DNA of 64,000 nucleotides from Methanobrevibacter sp. (GCA_016838945.1 JADLKP010000001.1:1608-65607); one strand, 5' to 3'; counted from the first letter of the stretch, positions 38,286-49,036 are shown. Made by a program: numbers and translations. The notes: a model not told the origin generated them from the letters alone.

Positions 38286-41282
38286 GTGAAAAATATCATG
38301 ATAAATAAAAAATTATGGGCTGCACTAATAATTTTGACTTTAGTGTCATTATCTATAGGTGCGGTTTCAGCAGCAGATGCCGAATCACAGGCAAACGATG
38401 ATATTTCAATTGCAACATCCCAAGATTCAAGTCAAATGGGTGGGAATGAATTAATTCAAGAAGATGCAAAGACAGATGAATCTACGGATATTCTCTCTTC
38501 ATCCGATGACGAAGAGATATTGGCTGGAGATATGGGAATATCTGTAGTAGGAGGACAAAAGGAATCATATGATGTTGGCGAAGAGGTATACCTTAAATTA
38601 GGTACTGAGCAAAGCAGCTACACTCCCGCTGATATTTACATTCAAGTTCAAGGCGGAGGATATACTGACAATCCTGTAGGAACATATTCACAGGCAACCA
38701 GCGCAACAGGAGTGCCATATACATTCGACACTCCTGGAAATGTAAGCCTAAGATTTGTTCAAGTGCATTACAGCACTTATTACTTTTCAGATTACATAAC
38801 CTTCAATGTAGTCGAAGCGGGACCAAGTGTCGCACCTGGAACATTCACTGATTTGAAATCATTGATAGACAGAAGTGAAGGGGTTTTAGAGCTTCCATAT
38901 GATTTCACCTACGATCCTGAATATGATTCAGGATATGTGGATGGAATATTGGTGGATAAGGACATTACCATAAAAGGCAACGGCCATATAATCAATGCTC
39001 TAAAGCTTGCTAAAATATTTGATGTCTACAAGGCAAATGTAGTTTTGGAAGGTGTCACTTTAGCCAATGGCAAATCCAATAATGGCGGGGCAATCATTGT
39101 TTCCAATAGCATTACCAGCTTGCTTCTTAAGGATTCAGTCATCAAGGACAGTTCCAGCAATCAGGGTGGTGCAATCCATGTCATGGGAGGTACCTTAACC
39201 GTTGAAAACACTACATTCACCAATAACTCAGCTAATTGCGGCGGTGCAATTTACCATAATGCACATTCATCCACTTTGAATGTTAAGGATTCAAGCTTCG
39301 AGGCAAATAAGGCAACATCCACCGGCACTGCTGGCGGTGCAGGTGCAATCCATATGAATTCAGGCAAATTGAATGTTGAAAATACCGATTTCAATGATAA
39401 CACTGCCGTTTCAAACGGCGGTGCAATAAATGTTTTCAATTTCGCAAATGCCATAAATGTAACCGGTTCCAGATTCAACAGGAACTCTGCAAGCGATGGC
39501 GGAGCAATCTATGCTCATCTAACATCCTGTGACATATCAATCAATGATTCCAATTTCACAGAAAACTCCGCTAACGGTCAAGGCGGAGCAGCATACCTTC
39601 AAGGAGCTGGAATAACAAGCGCTTTTGACAATGTCAAGTTTGCCGATAACTCTGCAAGCTATGGCGGTGCATTTGCAAATAAGCTCTCAAGCTCAACAAT
39701 TGAAAAATCAATCTTTGAAGGCAACACTGCAAGCAATCAGGGTGGTGCAATCTATGCAAGCGGAAAAGTGACCGTCAACGAATCCTCATTTGCAGGCAAT
39801 CAGGCAAGCTCAGACTATAATATGCATCAGATTGTCGAAAATGCCATCAGCATAGAAAACTCTAACATAACAGTTCAAGCTCCAGATTATAATGTTAAGG
39901 AAAGCTATGAAAACGGTGAAGACATTGTGATTTCAGGCACTTTCGAATCAGGAATCACAAATCAGCCATTGGCATTGGCATATTCCTTAAATGGAAGTGA
40001 TGCAAGCGCATCAGTCGATAAAAACATCTTCAGCATTGACTTAGGCAATGCATTGAAATATGGCGACTACACAATTTCAATCAAGTCATTCACTGATGAT
40101 GCAGGAAACTCCTACCTCTTTGAGCCAGTTGAAAAGGCTTTCACAGTCAAAAGGGAAGTCAGGACTGCAGCTGATCTTCAAGCATTGATTGACAATGCAG
40201 AGGAAGGTGCCATAATTGAATTGGGCAACTATTCATTTGAAAACATTTCCAATGTTAAGATTACCAAGAATGTGACAATCAAAGGAAGCGAAGACACTAG
40301 CATTTCATCTGCCGGTGACGGAAATCCAATCTTCATTGTTCCGGCTAAATCCGAAAACGGCCCAGATAGCGTAAACATCACTGGCATTGACTTTAAGGTA
40401 AAAAATGGAGATGTGATCGTTAAGGCAACTGCAGACAACGACACCAATCCATTGTCCATTGACACTCAAGCAATCAGCATTACAGGCAACACTATCGAAG
40501 CTGCTGATGAAGATGTAGTGCCTGAATCCGTCATTGTATTGAAACTTGAGTCTGAAAGAGGAGTCCTTGCTCCAACCAATGACATTGTCATTTCAGGAAA
40601 TGCAATGGATGCAGGAATAAACCCATTCGACTTTGACGTGACAAGTGTAGTCTCAGGAGGTGATGTGAACATTCCTGCTGGTCCTGCTAAAGCAGATAGA
40701 ATAGAGACTCAAATTGTCTACGAAAACATGACAAGCACTGCAGTGGACGTTGATACTGACGGAAGGGTAGGCAAATACTTCTACATTACTTTAAAGGACA
40801 AAAACAACAACCTATTGAAAAACAAACCTGTGCAAATCGGATTCAATGGTAACGTATACGACAGAGTGACTGATGAAAACGGTCAGGCAAGACTCCAAAT
40901 CAACCTCAAGAACGCAGGAACCTACACATTCGCTGTAAGCTACCTCGGTGATGACGAGTACAACGGATCATTCATCGTTGCAAAAATCGTTGTAAGCAAA
41001 CAGAAAGGAAGCCTAACCGTTCCTAACAAATCCTACAAGGCAAGCGCAACAAGCAAAACATTGACCGCAACATTCAAATCAGCTAGCGGAAAATTAGTGA
41101 AAGGCAAGAAAGTCACATTCACCGTTAACGGCAAGACCTACTCTGCCACCACCAATGCTAAAGGAGTTGCAACTGTCAAGGTAAGCCTAAGCAAAAAAGG
41201 AACCTACAGCTTCACAGCCAAGTTTGCTGGAAACAACATGTATGCAGCAATGAGCAAAACTGCAAAGCTTACTATAAATTAA
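38286..41282 (+). CDS. Adhesin-like protein (signal peptide, GGAI beta-helix repeats, C-terminal Ig-like domains)
   Basis: Repeated N.A..GGAI motifs; TDENGQA and TNAKGVA Ig-like repeats. Confidence 0.92.
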   Translation: MKNIMINKKLWAALIILTLVSLSIGAVSAADAESQANDDISIATSQDSSQMGGNELIQEDAKTDESTDILSSSDDEEILAGDMGISVVGGQKESYDVGEEVYLKLGTEQSSYTPADIYIQVQGGGYTDNPVGTYSQATSATGVPYTFDTPGNVSLRFVQVHYSTYYFSDYITFNVVEAGPSVAPGTFTDLKSLIDRSEGVLELPYDFTYDPEYDSGYVDGILVDKDITIKGNGHIINALKLAKIFDVYKANVVLEGVTLANGKSNNGGAIIVSNSITSLLLKDSVIKDSSSNQGGAIHVMGGTLTVENTTFTNNSANCGGAIYHNAHSSTLNVKDSSFEANKATSTGTAGGAGAIHMNSGKLNVENTDFNDNTAVSNGGAINVFNFANAINVTGSRFNRNSASDGGAIYAHLTSCDISINDSNFTENSANGQGGAAYLQGAGITSAFDNVKFADNSASYGGAFANKLSSSTIEKSIFEGNTASNQGGAIYASGKVTVNESSFAGNQASSDYNMHQIVENAISIENSNITVQAPDYNVKESYENGEDIVISGTFESGITNQPLALAYSLNGSDASASVDKNIFSIDLGNALKYGDYTISIKSFTDDAGNSYLFEPVEKAFTVKREVRTAADLQALIDNAEEGAIIELGNYSFENISNVKITKNVTIKGSEDTSISSAGDGNPIFIVPAKSENGPDSVNITGIDFKVKNGDVIVKATADNDTNPLSIDTQAISITGNTIEAADEDVVPESVIVLKLESERGVLAPTNDIVISGNAMDAGINPFDFDVTSVVSGGDVNIPAGPAKADRIETQIVYENMTSTAVDVDTDGRVGKYFYITLKDKNNNLLKNKPVQIGFNGNVYDRVTDENGQARLQINLKNAGTYTFAVSYLGDDEYNGSFIVAKIVVSKQKGSLTVPNKSYKASATSKTLTATFKSASGKLVKGKKVTFTVNGKTYSATTNAKGVATVKVSLSKKGTYSFTAKFAGNNMYAAMSKTAKLTIN

Positions 41283-41429
41283 GGAAAATTGTTATAAAAA
41301 TCATTTTTTATAATCAATTTTCAATTTTTATTTTTTTAAAATAGGAGTTGGATCAATAAAAAACAGAATAATTAAAAACTATTTTTAAAAAAAGCATATA
41401 AAATTTTACAGTCTCCATTATAAAAAAAT

Positions 41430-42041
41430 TCATAATTTTCTCCTTCTGCCAACCACTTTGCCGAATTGATTGCTCTCTTTGATCAAGTCACCATCGATAT
41501 AGTACTTAGGCTTTCCATACATTCCTTCCCTTATGTAGTTGCCCTCTATTCTATAAGCTGGCCTTCCGAATCGGTTATTTTCCCTGATTATGTCTCCATC
41601 GATATAGTATTTTGGTTTTCCGCAGATTCCTTCAAACATATAGTTTCCTTCTGTAGACACTGATGGCTTTCCGAACATTCCTTCTGAAATTACTTCTTTT
41701 CCATTTTCTTTAATTTCATAAGTTTCTACAAGCTCTTCCATTTCCTCTTCAGGGAAAATCATTTTAGACTCCCTGATGGACTTTAGAGGATTATAATCCT
41801 TATGGATCGCACTTTCTGATTCCATTTCCTCTTCTGCAGCTATTTTGTCCTTTATAGGTGAATTGATTCTTTCAAGGTAATCGTTATAGGATTCGCCTTT
41901 TAATGGTTCGTATTTCTTTCTTGAGTCCTTGTTGAAATTTTCTCTCCTTTGCTTGTACTCTCTTAAGTCAATGCCGCATTTTATGCAGAACTTCTGGTCC
42001 TTATCCATTAGTTCAGATCCACAGTTGAAACAGTAGTTCAT
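41430..42041 (-). CDS. Zinc-ribbon protein with C-terminal ~14-aa Gly/Tyr repeats
   Basis: CFNCG..KFCIKCG; repeats EG..GKP.Y.I(D/E)G(D/N).I. Confidence 0.8.
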   Translation of the reverse strand: MNYCFNCGSELMDKDQKFCIKCGIDLREYKQRRENFNKDSRKKYEPLKGESYNDYLERINSPIKDKIAAEEEMESESAIHKDYNPLKSIRESKMIFPEEEMEELVETYEIKENGKEVISEGMFGKPSVSTEGNYMFEGICGKPKYYIDGDIIRENNRFGRPAYRIEGNYIREGMYGKPKYYIDGDLIKESNQFGKVVGRRRKL

Positions 42042-42147
42042 ATTATCCCCTTTGCCTTTTCTATATTTATGCTTATTTATGCATTTGAATTATTTAAAAG
42101 TTTATTTATCTTTTGGAATATGAAATTTTGAAATAATTATTTTATAA

Positions 42148-42247
42148 AAATTGATCTTTTGATTAAAGGATAGGAAGGGGGAAATCCAATAATAAATTGA
42201 TCTTTTGATTAAAGGATAGGAAGGGGGAAATCCAATAATAAATTGAT
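42148..42247. repeat. 46-bp tandem duplication
   Basis: Units at 42148 and 42194, partial at 42240. Confidence 0.9.
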
Positions 42248-42427
42248 GGAAGAAAGAATCATTGAATTGAATGAGCTATTGGAGAAAAAGCAGGTAGTGA
42301 GATAAAGAGGCATATAAATTATTGTAAAGGAATAGAGAAGGCATATCGTGACAAGCTTGATGAATACTTTGATAAGATAGTCAGGCTTGAAAAGGAAAAC
42401 TTTCTCTTGAAGTATAGGATCCAAAAA

Positions 42428-42560
42428 CCTTAATCATCAACCTTAATCATCAACAGCTTGATTTTTTTATTTTTAATTAAAATAGTTTAAATAATGAAAT
42501 AAACAATTTAAAGGATTTAAAAAAATTAATCATCAACCAAATGATATCTTAATCATCAAC
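42428..42560. repeat. Four direct copies of TTAATCATCAAC
   Basis: At 42430, 42443, 42526 and 42549. Confidence 0.85.
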
Positions 42561-42696
42561 TACTGAACATCTGATTTTAAATATAATTGCAAGCTACATA
42601 ATGAAAAATTCATCCTGTAATATTATATGATGAAAATTGCATTACATATTGTCAAAAAGAGTTATATTGAAATTTTTGGTTTTGGTAAATTTATGA

Positions 42697-42753
42697 AAAG
42701 TAGTTCGGCAGATTTTGTAAAAGTAGTTCGGTGAATTTGTGGAAAGTAGTTCG
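42697..42753. repeat. Three copies of AAAGTAGTTCG with 23-bp period
   Basis: At 42697, 42720 and 42743. Confidence 0.85.
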
Positions 42754-42771
42754 TTTATGTAAATTTGTATC

Positions 42772-42821
42772 ATGACCTATTTTATTGCAAAACTTTATAT
42801 ATTTTTAAGGTCATAATATGA
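42772..42821 (+). promoter_or_regulatory. Island operon promoter: TATA box flanked by inverted ATGACCT/AGGTCAT
   Basis: ATGACCT 42772-42778, TTTATATA 42794-42801, AGGTCAT 42808-42814. Confidence 0.5.
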
Positions 42822-42845
42822 TTACTTAAAAATTGGGGGATAAAA

Positions 42846-43169
42846 ATGAATAATCTATATGGTGAACGTATTAAAAATCTAAGGGAGGAACATAAATATA
42901 CTCAAAAGCAAGTAGCTGACTTTTTAGAAATTGATCAAAGCAATCTATCTAAAATTGAGCTTGGAAAAAGAACAATAAGCATGGATTTAATAGAGGAATT
43001 ATGTTCATTGTTTAATTGTTCAGAAGAATATATTTTAGGTGAATCAGATGAGTATACACCTTCCAATATAGCATTTCGTAAGAATAAAAAGATGGATTTA
43101 AATGTAATCGCTCAAATCAATGAAACTATGGGTTATATAAAAATGTTAAGGGAGTTAGATGAGGATTAA
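42846..43169 (+). CDS. XRE-family HTH transcriptional regulator
   Basis: IKNLREEHKYTQKQVADFLEIDQSNLSKIELGKR. Confidence 0.92.
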   Translation: MNNLYGERIKNLREEHKYTQKQVADFLEIDQSNLSKIELGKRTISMDLIEELCSLFNCSEEYILGESDEYTPSNIAFRKNKKMDLNVIAQINETMGYIKMLRELDED

Positions 43170-43170
43170 T

Positions 43171-43908
43171 ATGTTGGAATATCACGAAACTAATGATTTG
43201 GCATTGTCTTTAAGAAGGCAATGGGGTATTGATGATTACAGCCCTATAGATATTTTTTCTTTAGCTTTAGAAAAAATAAAGAATCTTACAATTATTTGGA
43301 TGAAAATAGATAAGGATATAAGCGGGGCTTGTTCTAAAAATGATGGAGATTCTGTTGTTGTAATTAATTCTATTCACTCCAAGGGCAGACAGAATTTTAC
43401 ATTGGCACATGAGATATACCATTTATTATATGATGATTCCAATAACCAGTTCTTTTGTGCTGATGATGATAATGATGAAGTCGAAGAGGAAGCAAACAAT
43501 TTTGCATCTTGTCTTTTGATGCCAATGCCTGCTTTAAGAGAGTTTAAAAGAGAAAATGTTAGGGAGAAATGGACAATTAAAAATATTATTAAATGTGAAC
43601 AATGGTTTGCCATCAGCCATAAAAGTATGTTGTACCGTTTAAGACGTGAAAAAGATATTAGTTTATATGATTTTGAGAGATTTAAATATGGTGTTAAAGG
43701 TAATGCTCTTAGATTAGGTTATGATTTGGATTTATATGAACCTTCAGATGAAAATAAGCAATATTATGCCGTAGGACATTTAATCCCTCTTGTTGAAAAG
43801 ATTCATTCTAAAGGAAAAATCTCCACTGGACTAAAAAATGAAATTTTAAACAGTAATTTTAGGTCAGATATGGTTTATGACTTGAAGGAAGATTATTTCT
43901 TTGATTGA
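43171..43908 (+). CDS. ImmA/IrrE-family metallopeptidase
   Basis: RQNFTLAHEIYHLL (HExxH), EEEANNFASCLLMP; ATG 1 nt after the XRE stop. Confidence 0.9.
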   Translation: MLEYHETNDLALSLRRQWGIDDYSPIDIFSLALEKIKNLTIIWMKIDKDISGACSKNDGDSVVVINSIHSKGRQNFTLAHEIYHLLYDDSNNQFFCADDDNDEVEEEANNFASCLLMPMPALREFKRENVREKWTIKNIIKCEQWFAISHKSMLYRLRREKDISLYDFERFKYGVKGNALRLGYDLDLYEPSDENKQYYAVGHLIPLVEKIHSKGKISTGLKNEILNSNFRSDMVYDLKEDYFFD

Positions 43909-44518
43909 AATTCTTGTTTTTGTAAAGGGGAGGGATTATTTGATTGATAAAATAATTTTTTATGATGCTGATTTTTTAATTTGCTTTTTGACAATAGGAG
44001 AAACTTTCATTTTAAAAAAAGCTTTTAATGAAATTATAGTTCCTATGCAAGTTTTTAAGGAATTGACTAGGAAAAAATCTCCTAATATAGTAAAGGAAAC
44101 AATCATCGATTTAAGGGATTCAGGTTTTGTTAAAGTCCCTGTTATAAAATCTAATTCTAGAGTAAATATAGCTTATAGGGCTATTAAAAATGGGTACTGG
44201 CATGAAGATTTTAAAAAGTTAGGTAAAGGTGAATCCGCAGCCCTTGCATTTGCTATAGAAAGGGAAGGGGTTATTGCATCCAATAATTTTTATGACATTA
44301 AGGATTATGTTGATAAGTATGAATTGCCTTTGCTTACCACATCATATTTTCTGGCTTTAGCATTTGATAAAGATATTATAGATTATGATGAAGCTTGTGA
44401 TTTGTATTATAGGATGATTGAGAAAGAAAGGGGTATGCCTTGCAGTAGTTTTGAGGAGTATTATAATTCTTTATATAAAGAGGATACTGAAAATTTTGGT
44501 TTTAGGTTGTTTGAATAA
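43901..44518 (+). CDS. PIN-like domain protein
   Basis: FYDADFL, VFKEL and LGKGESAALAFA..IASNN motifs. Confidence 0.75.
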   Translation: MIEILVFVKGRDYLIDKIIFYDADFLICFLTIGETFILKKAFNEIIVPMQVFKELTRKKSPNIVKETIIDLRDSGFVKVPVIKSNSRVNIAYRAIKNGYWHEDFKKLGKGESAALAFAIEREGVIASNNFYDIKDYVDKYELPLLTTSYFLALAFDKDIIDYDEACDLYYRMIEKERGMPCSSFEEYYNSLYKEDTENFGFRLFE

Positions 44519-44543
44519 ATCAATTTAAGAAAGAAGGTAAATC

Positions 44544-45314
44544 ATGTCAAATTTAGAAAAATTAAACAAATTATATGAAGAAGGTCAAGATTTATTAAAA
44601 ACTAGAATGGGTCATAAACCGGGAATCGCATTTCCAGAGGAGGTTAATCATGCAAAATTTGTTAAATGGAAACATAAAACATTAAGTTTTTTACAAATTA
44701 TTTCAATTGATGAATTTAGATTTAATACTTTTAAAAATGAATTGGATCATAATTATTATTATTTAGCTGAGAAAGGAGTAAGTATATTAGAGTCTATAAT
44801 TGAAGATATTGAAGATGGAACTCTTGATATAAATAGTAGTCCTAAAGCAAATTTAGATAAAATACAAATTTTAGAAGAAGTTTTAAATAATTTCCATAGG
44901 GTTGTTAGGCAATTGCGTAATAGGCATGATAACAGAACAACTTTAGAAATAAAAGATGAGTATGATGTACAAGATTTGCTTCATTCATTATTACTTATCC
45001 ATTTTGATGATGTCCGTCCTGAAGAGTATACCCCATCATATGCTGGTGCAACTAGTAGAATGGACTTTTTAATTAAGGATATTAATACAGTAATTGAAAC
45101 AAAAATGACTAGAGAAAATCTTAAGGATAAAAAACTTGGTGAAGAGTTAATAATTGATATAGAAAAATATGCAAAACACCTAGATTGTGAAAAGTTATAT
45201 TGTTTTGTATATGATCCTAAAGAGTTTATTAATAATCCTAAGGGATTAGAAAAAGATTTATCTAATAATTCTGATGAAATAGAGGTAAAAACTATAATTG
45301 TTCCTAAATATTGA
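44544..45314 (+). CDS. PD-(D/E)XK nuclease, REase_DpnII-MboI-like C-terminal domain
   Basis: EYDVQDLLHSLL..DDVRPEE.TPSYAG..SRMDFLI..VIETK. Confidence 0.75.
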   Translation: MSNLEKLNKLYEEGQDLLKTRMGHKPGIAFPEEVNHAKFVKWKHKTLSFLQIISIDEFRFNTFKNELDHNYYYLAEKGVSILESIIEDIEDGTLDINSSPKANLDKIQILEEVLNNFHRVVRQLRNRHDNRTTLEIKDEYDVQDLLHSLLLIHFDDVRPEEYTPSYAGATSRMDFLIKDINTVIETKMTRENLKDKKLGEELIIDIEKYAKHLDCEKLYCFVYDPKEFINNPKGLEKDLSNNSDEIEVKTIIVPKY

Positions 45315-46813
45315 ATTTGAGGTATTTCATGTATAATGAGGATTTAGTTAATAAAGCATACGATTATTTAAACAATGGTCAAGTTGATTTCAGTGAAAAA
45401 ATTTTAGAAAAACTTAAAGATGAAAAATTTGAATTTAAATATCAAATAGGGGCATTACTTATAGATATAGGGTCAGTTTCAAAAAATATGGACTATGTTG
45501 ATGAAGGAATAGAAATTTTTGAAGATTTAAAAGAGTCTACAAATATAAATGTTAATTATAATTTAGCTAATGGGTATTTTGCCAAATTTGTTTTAAATAA
45601 AAATAACTATTTAATTAAAGATGATCATTTACTATTTAAAGCTAAAAAATTATATAGGGAAGAAATCAATCATACACCCCCTCAAGAAAATCCAGATTTG
45701 TATATTAATTTAGCTAATACATATAATTATATTGGTAGAACAATAGATGGCTTAGAATATTATGAGAAAGTTTTAGATATTTCTAAAGATAGTAGAGCTC
45801 TAGTTAATAAAGGAATTGCTCTTTATCAATATTCATTTTTTACTAAAGATTATTTAGTAATTTTAAAAGATGCCTATAACTGTTTTAAATTAGCATTGGA
45901 AAATTCTGGATTGTATTCTGATTTTAGAGCCATTTCAGAAGAATATGTAAATATCATTGAAGAGAATTTAAATGAAGAAATTCTTAATCAAGAAATACCT
46001 GCTGATTTACAAAGACCTTCAGGGGATGAATTTGAAGGGTTTATGATTAATTTTTGTTTAGATAATAAATTATATTTAAATTTATGTAATTTCTGTCAAA
46101 GATGTGAAAATTCCATAGGAGATACTATAGTAATAGATAATATGATTGTTGAAACTAAATATGGACTTGAAGATGATCCATTTCTAATTTTATCTTCATA
46201 TTTAAATCAAATTAAAATGGATTATGTTTCAGCAAGGTTTTTGTTAATTCTATCTCAATATGAAGGCATAGATTTGGATTTCATTACTAAGAATGTTTTT
46301 ATTATTAATACACTAAACTATGAAGAAAACGATATAAGAATACAACTATTAAAAAATTCTTTCACAAATCTTTTTAATATACTAGATAAAATAGCATATT
46401 TCATTAATGATTATTTAGAAATAGGAAAATCTTCAAAAAAAGCTGATTTTCGTCATATTTGGTTTAATAGTAAAGGGAGTAAAATAAATAAAAAAATAGA
46501 ATCTTTAAATAATCCTGGTTTAAATGCTTTATATGATATTTATTTAGATTTTGAATATGGAAATGAAAAGGAATATTTAAGAAATATTCGAAATAGTTTA
46601 ACTCATAAATTTTTAAGAATTTCTTTTATAAAACTTAATGAAGAAGATAGAACTATTGAAGAGTTTACAAAGGATACTATAGAATTAGCTAAAATTGTTA
46701 AAAATGCAATTATATATTTAATTAGATTAGTTAAAGTTCATGAAGATTTTAAATATAAAAAAATAGATGGTAAAACTGTCCATCAATTAAATGCAGATTT
46801 AATTAAATTATAA
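45311..46813 (+). CDS. TPR + LA2681-like HEPN domain protein
   Basis: TPR-like NLANTYNYIGR..ALVNKG; LNLCNFC; SYLNQIKMDYVSARFLL; RNSLTH (RxxxxH). Confidence 0.75.
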   Translation: MNLRYFMYNEDLVNKAYDYLNNGQVDFSEKILEKLKDEKFEFKYQIGALLIDIGSVSKNMDYVDEGIEIFEDLKESTNINVNYNLANGYFAKFVLNKNNYLIKDDHLLFKAKKLYREEINHTPPQENPDLYINLANTYNYIGRTIDGLEYYEKVLDISKDSRALVNKGIALYQYSFFTKDYLVILKDAYNCFKLALENSGLYSDFRAISEEYVNIIEENLNEEILNQEIPADLQRPSGDEFEGFMINFCLDNKLYLNLCNFCQRCENSIGDTIVIDNMIVETKYGLEDDPFLILSSYLNQIKMDYVSARFLLILSQYEGIDLDFITKNVFIINTLNYEENDIRIQLLKNSFTNLFNILDKIAYFINDYLEIGKSSKKADFRHIWFNSKGSKINKKIESLNNPGLNALYDIYLDFEYGNEKEYLRNIRNSLTHKFLRISFIKLNEEDRTIEEFTKDTIELAKIVKNAIIYLIRLVKVHEDFKYKKIDGKTVHQLNADLIKL

Positions 46814-46832
46814 TTTTATCAAGTGATTTATT

Positions 46833-48893
46833 ATGTTAAATGAAGATAAAGATATCAATATTGGGGAAGATAGTTTAAATAGATCAAATTTTGCAAAAAA
46901 TTTAGCGGCAAATATTCAAAATTATTTTAATAGAAATGAAGTTAATAATTGTTTAACAATTGGTTTAATGGGGGAATGGGGATCAGGTAAAACTTCTCTT
47001 TTAAATATGACAGAAGAGTATCTAAAAGATTCTGATATTAAAATCATAAAATTCAATCCTTGGCTTCATTCAACTTATCATCAATTAGTAGAACAGTTTT
47101 TCGACGAATTGATAAAGGAATTTACAAACTCAAGAGATAATTCTTTAAAGGATATTTTAAAAAGATATAAATTTAAAGTAAATGAATTGGAGATACTAAA
47201 GAAGATAGCTGTTTCCGCTTCTTTGCTCTATGACCCTAAAGTAGGTAGTAGTCTTGAAAATATTTTGACTTATTCTTCTGAAGAAGAAAACTTAGCATCT
47301 CTTAAGGAAAAAATTGATGAAGAATTTGTTAATCAAAAAGTAGTATGTATTATTGATGATTTAGATAGATTATCTAGAGATGAAATCGCGGAGATGTTTA
47401 AATTAATTAAAATAATGGCAGATTTTAAAAATATGGTTTATTTAGTTGCATTTGATAAAGATTTTATTGCTGAGGCTCTAAAAATAGATTATGGTGGTGA
47501 AAGATACATCGAAAAGATTATTAATGTTCCATTGAAGGTACCATCTATAGATTACATTGAACTGAAGGATTGTTTAATTAAACACTTTAAAAGAATTTCA
47601 CGAGAATATCAAATTAGTTTAGATTTTACTAGATTAAATCAATTTTTAGATTTTCAACATAATCAATATGGTAAACGTTGTGGCATTTTATATTTTTTTA
47701 AAAATATGAGAGATATCGTTCGTTTTATTAATATTTTAGAATTTAATTTAGAATTAGTAAATGGAGAAGTAAATTTTGTAGATTTTATAGTTATCACTGC
47801 TATTCAAGTTTTTTATTCTGAAGTTTATGATAAAATAAAGTTAAATGAATTTTTATTAATTAATTATCATTATACTATCGTAGATGAGCTTACTAAAGAA
47901 ATTCTTCTAATTGAAAAATCTGAATTTGAGGAAATAGTTAATGATAACGAAAATTTAAATTTTATCCTTCAAAAGTTGTTTCCCAAAATGGAGAATATGT
48001 ATATAAGTCGACCTTCTTTTAAGTTTGAAAATAAAGATTTTGCAGATAAAAATTTATTGATTTCTCATCCTAATCATTTTAAAGCTTATTTTAAGTTAAA
48101 TAGCGTTATTAAAGATTTATCCGAAGCAGAAATTGATTTTATAGTAAATTATATTAATTCTAAAGATAATGCTTCTGTAGTTATGCAATTTATTAGATTA
48201 TTTAAGGAAAATAAATTAAGGCCATTTTTTGAAAATATTAAAAATAGATTAGATAAGATTCATAAAAATAAATTCTTCTTAAATTTCCTTTTCACAATTG
48301 ATACTCAGATGTGGGAAGATATTTTCTTTACCAATAGGGAGGAAATTGAGACTTTATGTTTAGAGTTGATTTATCAGATAGGTAACAAAGATAGGTTTAA
48401 TGTGTTGAAAGAAGTTTATCAAAATTCAAATAATATAATTTTGCTATTTAATTTATTAAATAATATAAAAAAGAGAAATTTCATGCCATATAATTATGAT
48501 GAACCTATTTTAACTGATGAAGAGATTATTGAATTAACTGAAATAACTAAAGAAAAATTCAATGATATTGAAAATAATAGTTTCATTGTTGAAAATAGGT
48601 TAAGAGAAATATTGTATATTGGTTCAGAATTACATTTAGAAAGTAAAAATGATTTTATTATTGATGAGTTGATTTCTACTTCTTCAGGAATATTTAAATT
48701 ATTAAGTTCTTTTTTATCTCTAAGGGAAAATTCTAGTTTTTTATTGCGAAATGTTGATGAATTAAATAGTTACAGAAGTGTTGATGAAATCAAAATATTA
48801 ATTGATAGTGATAATTCTATTAAGGATGAACAAATAGTTAAAAATTTTTTAGATGGGTATGAGTTGTTTAAAAGTCAAAATGATGTTGATTAA
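46833..48893 (+). CDS. KAP-family P-loop NTPase
   Basis: DSLNRSNFA, GLMGEWGSGKTS, KFNPW, IIDDLDRL and YIEKIINVP motifs. Confidence 0.9.
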   Translation: MLNEDKDINIGEDSLNRSNFAKNLAANIQNYFNRNEVNNCLTIGLMGEWGSGKTSLLNMTEEYLKDSDIKIIKFNPWLHSTYHQLVEQFFDELIKEFTNSRDNSLKDILKRYKFKVNELEILKKIAVSASLLYDPKVGSSLENILTYSSEEENLASLKEKIDEEFVNQKVVCIIDDLDRLSRDEIAEMFKLIKIMADFKNMVYLVAFDKDFIAEALKIDYGGERYIEKIINVPLKVPSIDYIELKDCLIKHFKRISREYQISLDFTRLNQFLDFQHNQYGKRCGILYFFKNMRDIVRFINILEFNLELVNGEVNFVDFIVITAIQVFYSEVYDKIKLNEFLLINYHYTIVDELTKEILLIEKSEFEEIVNDNENLNFILQKLFPKMENMYISRPSFKFENKDFADKNLLISHPNHFKAYFKLNSVIKDLSEAEIDFIVNYINSKDNASVVMQFIRLFKENKLRPFFENIKNRLDKIHKNKFFLNFLFTIDTQMWEDIFFTNREEIETLCLELIYQIGNKDRFNVLKEVYQNSNNIILLFNLLNNIKKRNFMPYNYDEPILTDEEIIELTEITKEKFNDIENNSFIVENRLREILYIGSELHLESKNDFIIDELISTSSGIFKLLSSFLSLRENSSFLLRNVDELNSYRSVDEIKILIDSDNSIKDEQIVKNFLDGYELFKSQNDVD

Positions 48894-49036
48894 ATTTATA
48901 TCAAATGGGGTTAAAAATGTCTAGATGATGTTTATGATTAAAGATTTTTTAAAATTTTTTATAAATTAATTGAAGTTATTTGTATGCCAAAATTTTAATT
49001 ATTAATATCTTAAAATAATATGATGGGAGGTTTCAA

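Noticed and set aside
42846-43908. XRE and IrrE as one frameshifted fusion
   Set aside because: Clean TAA-N-ATG coupling and complete domains favour two genes, though not excluded
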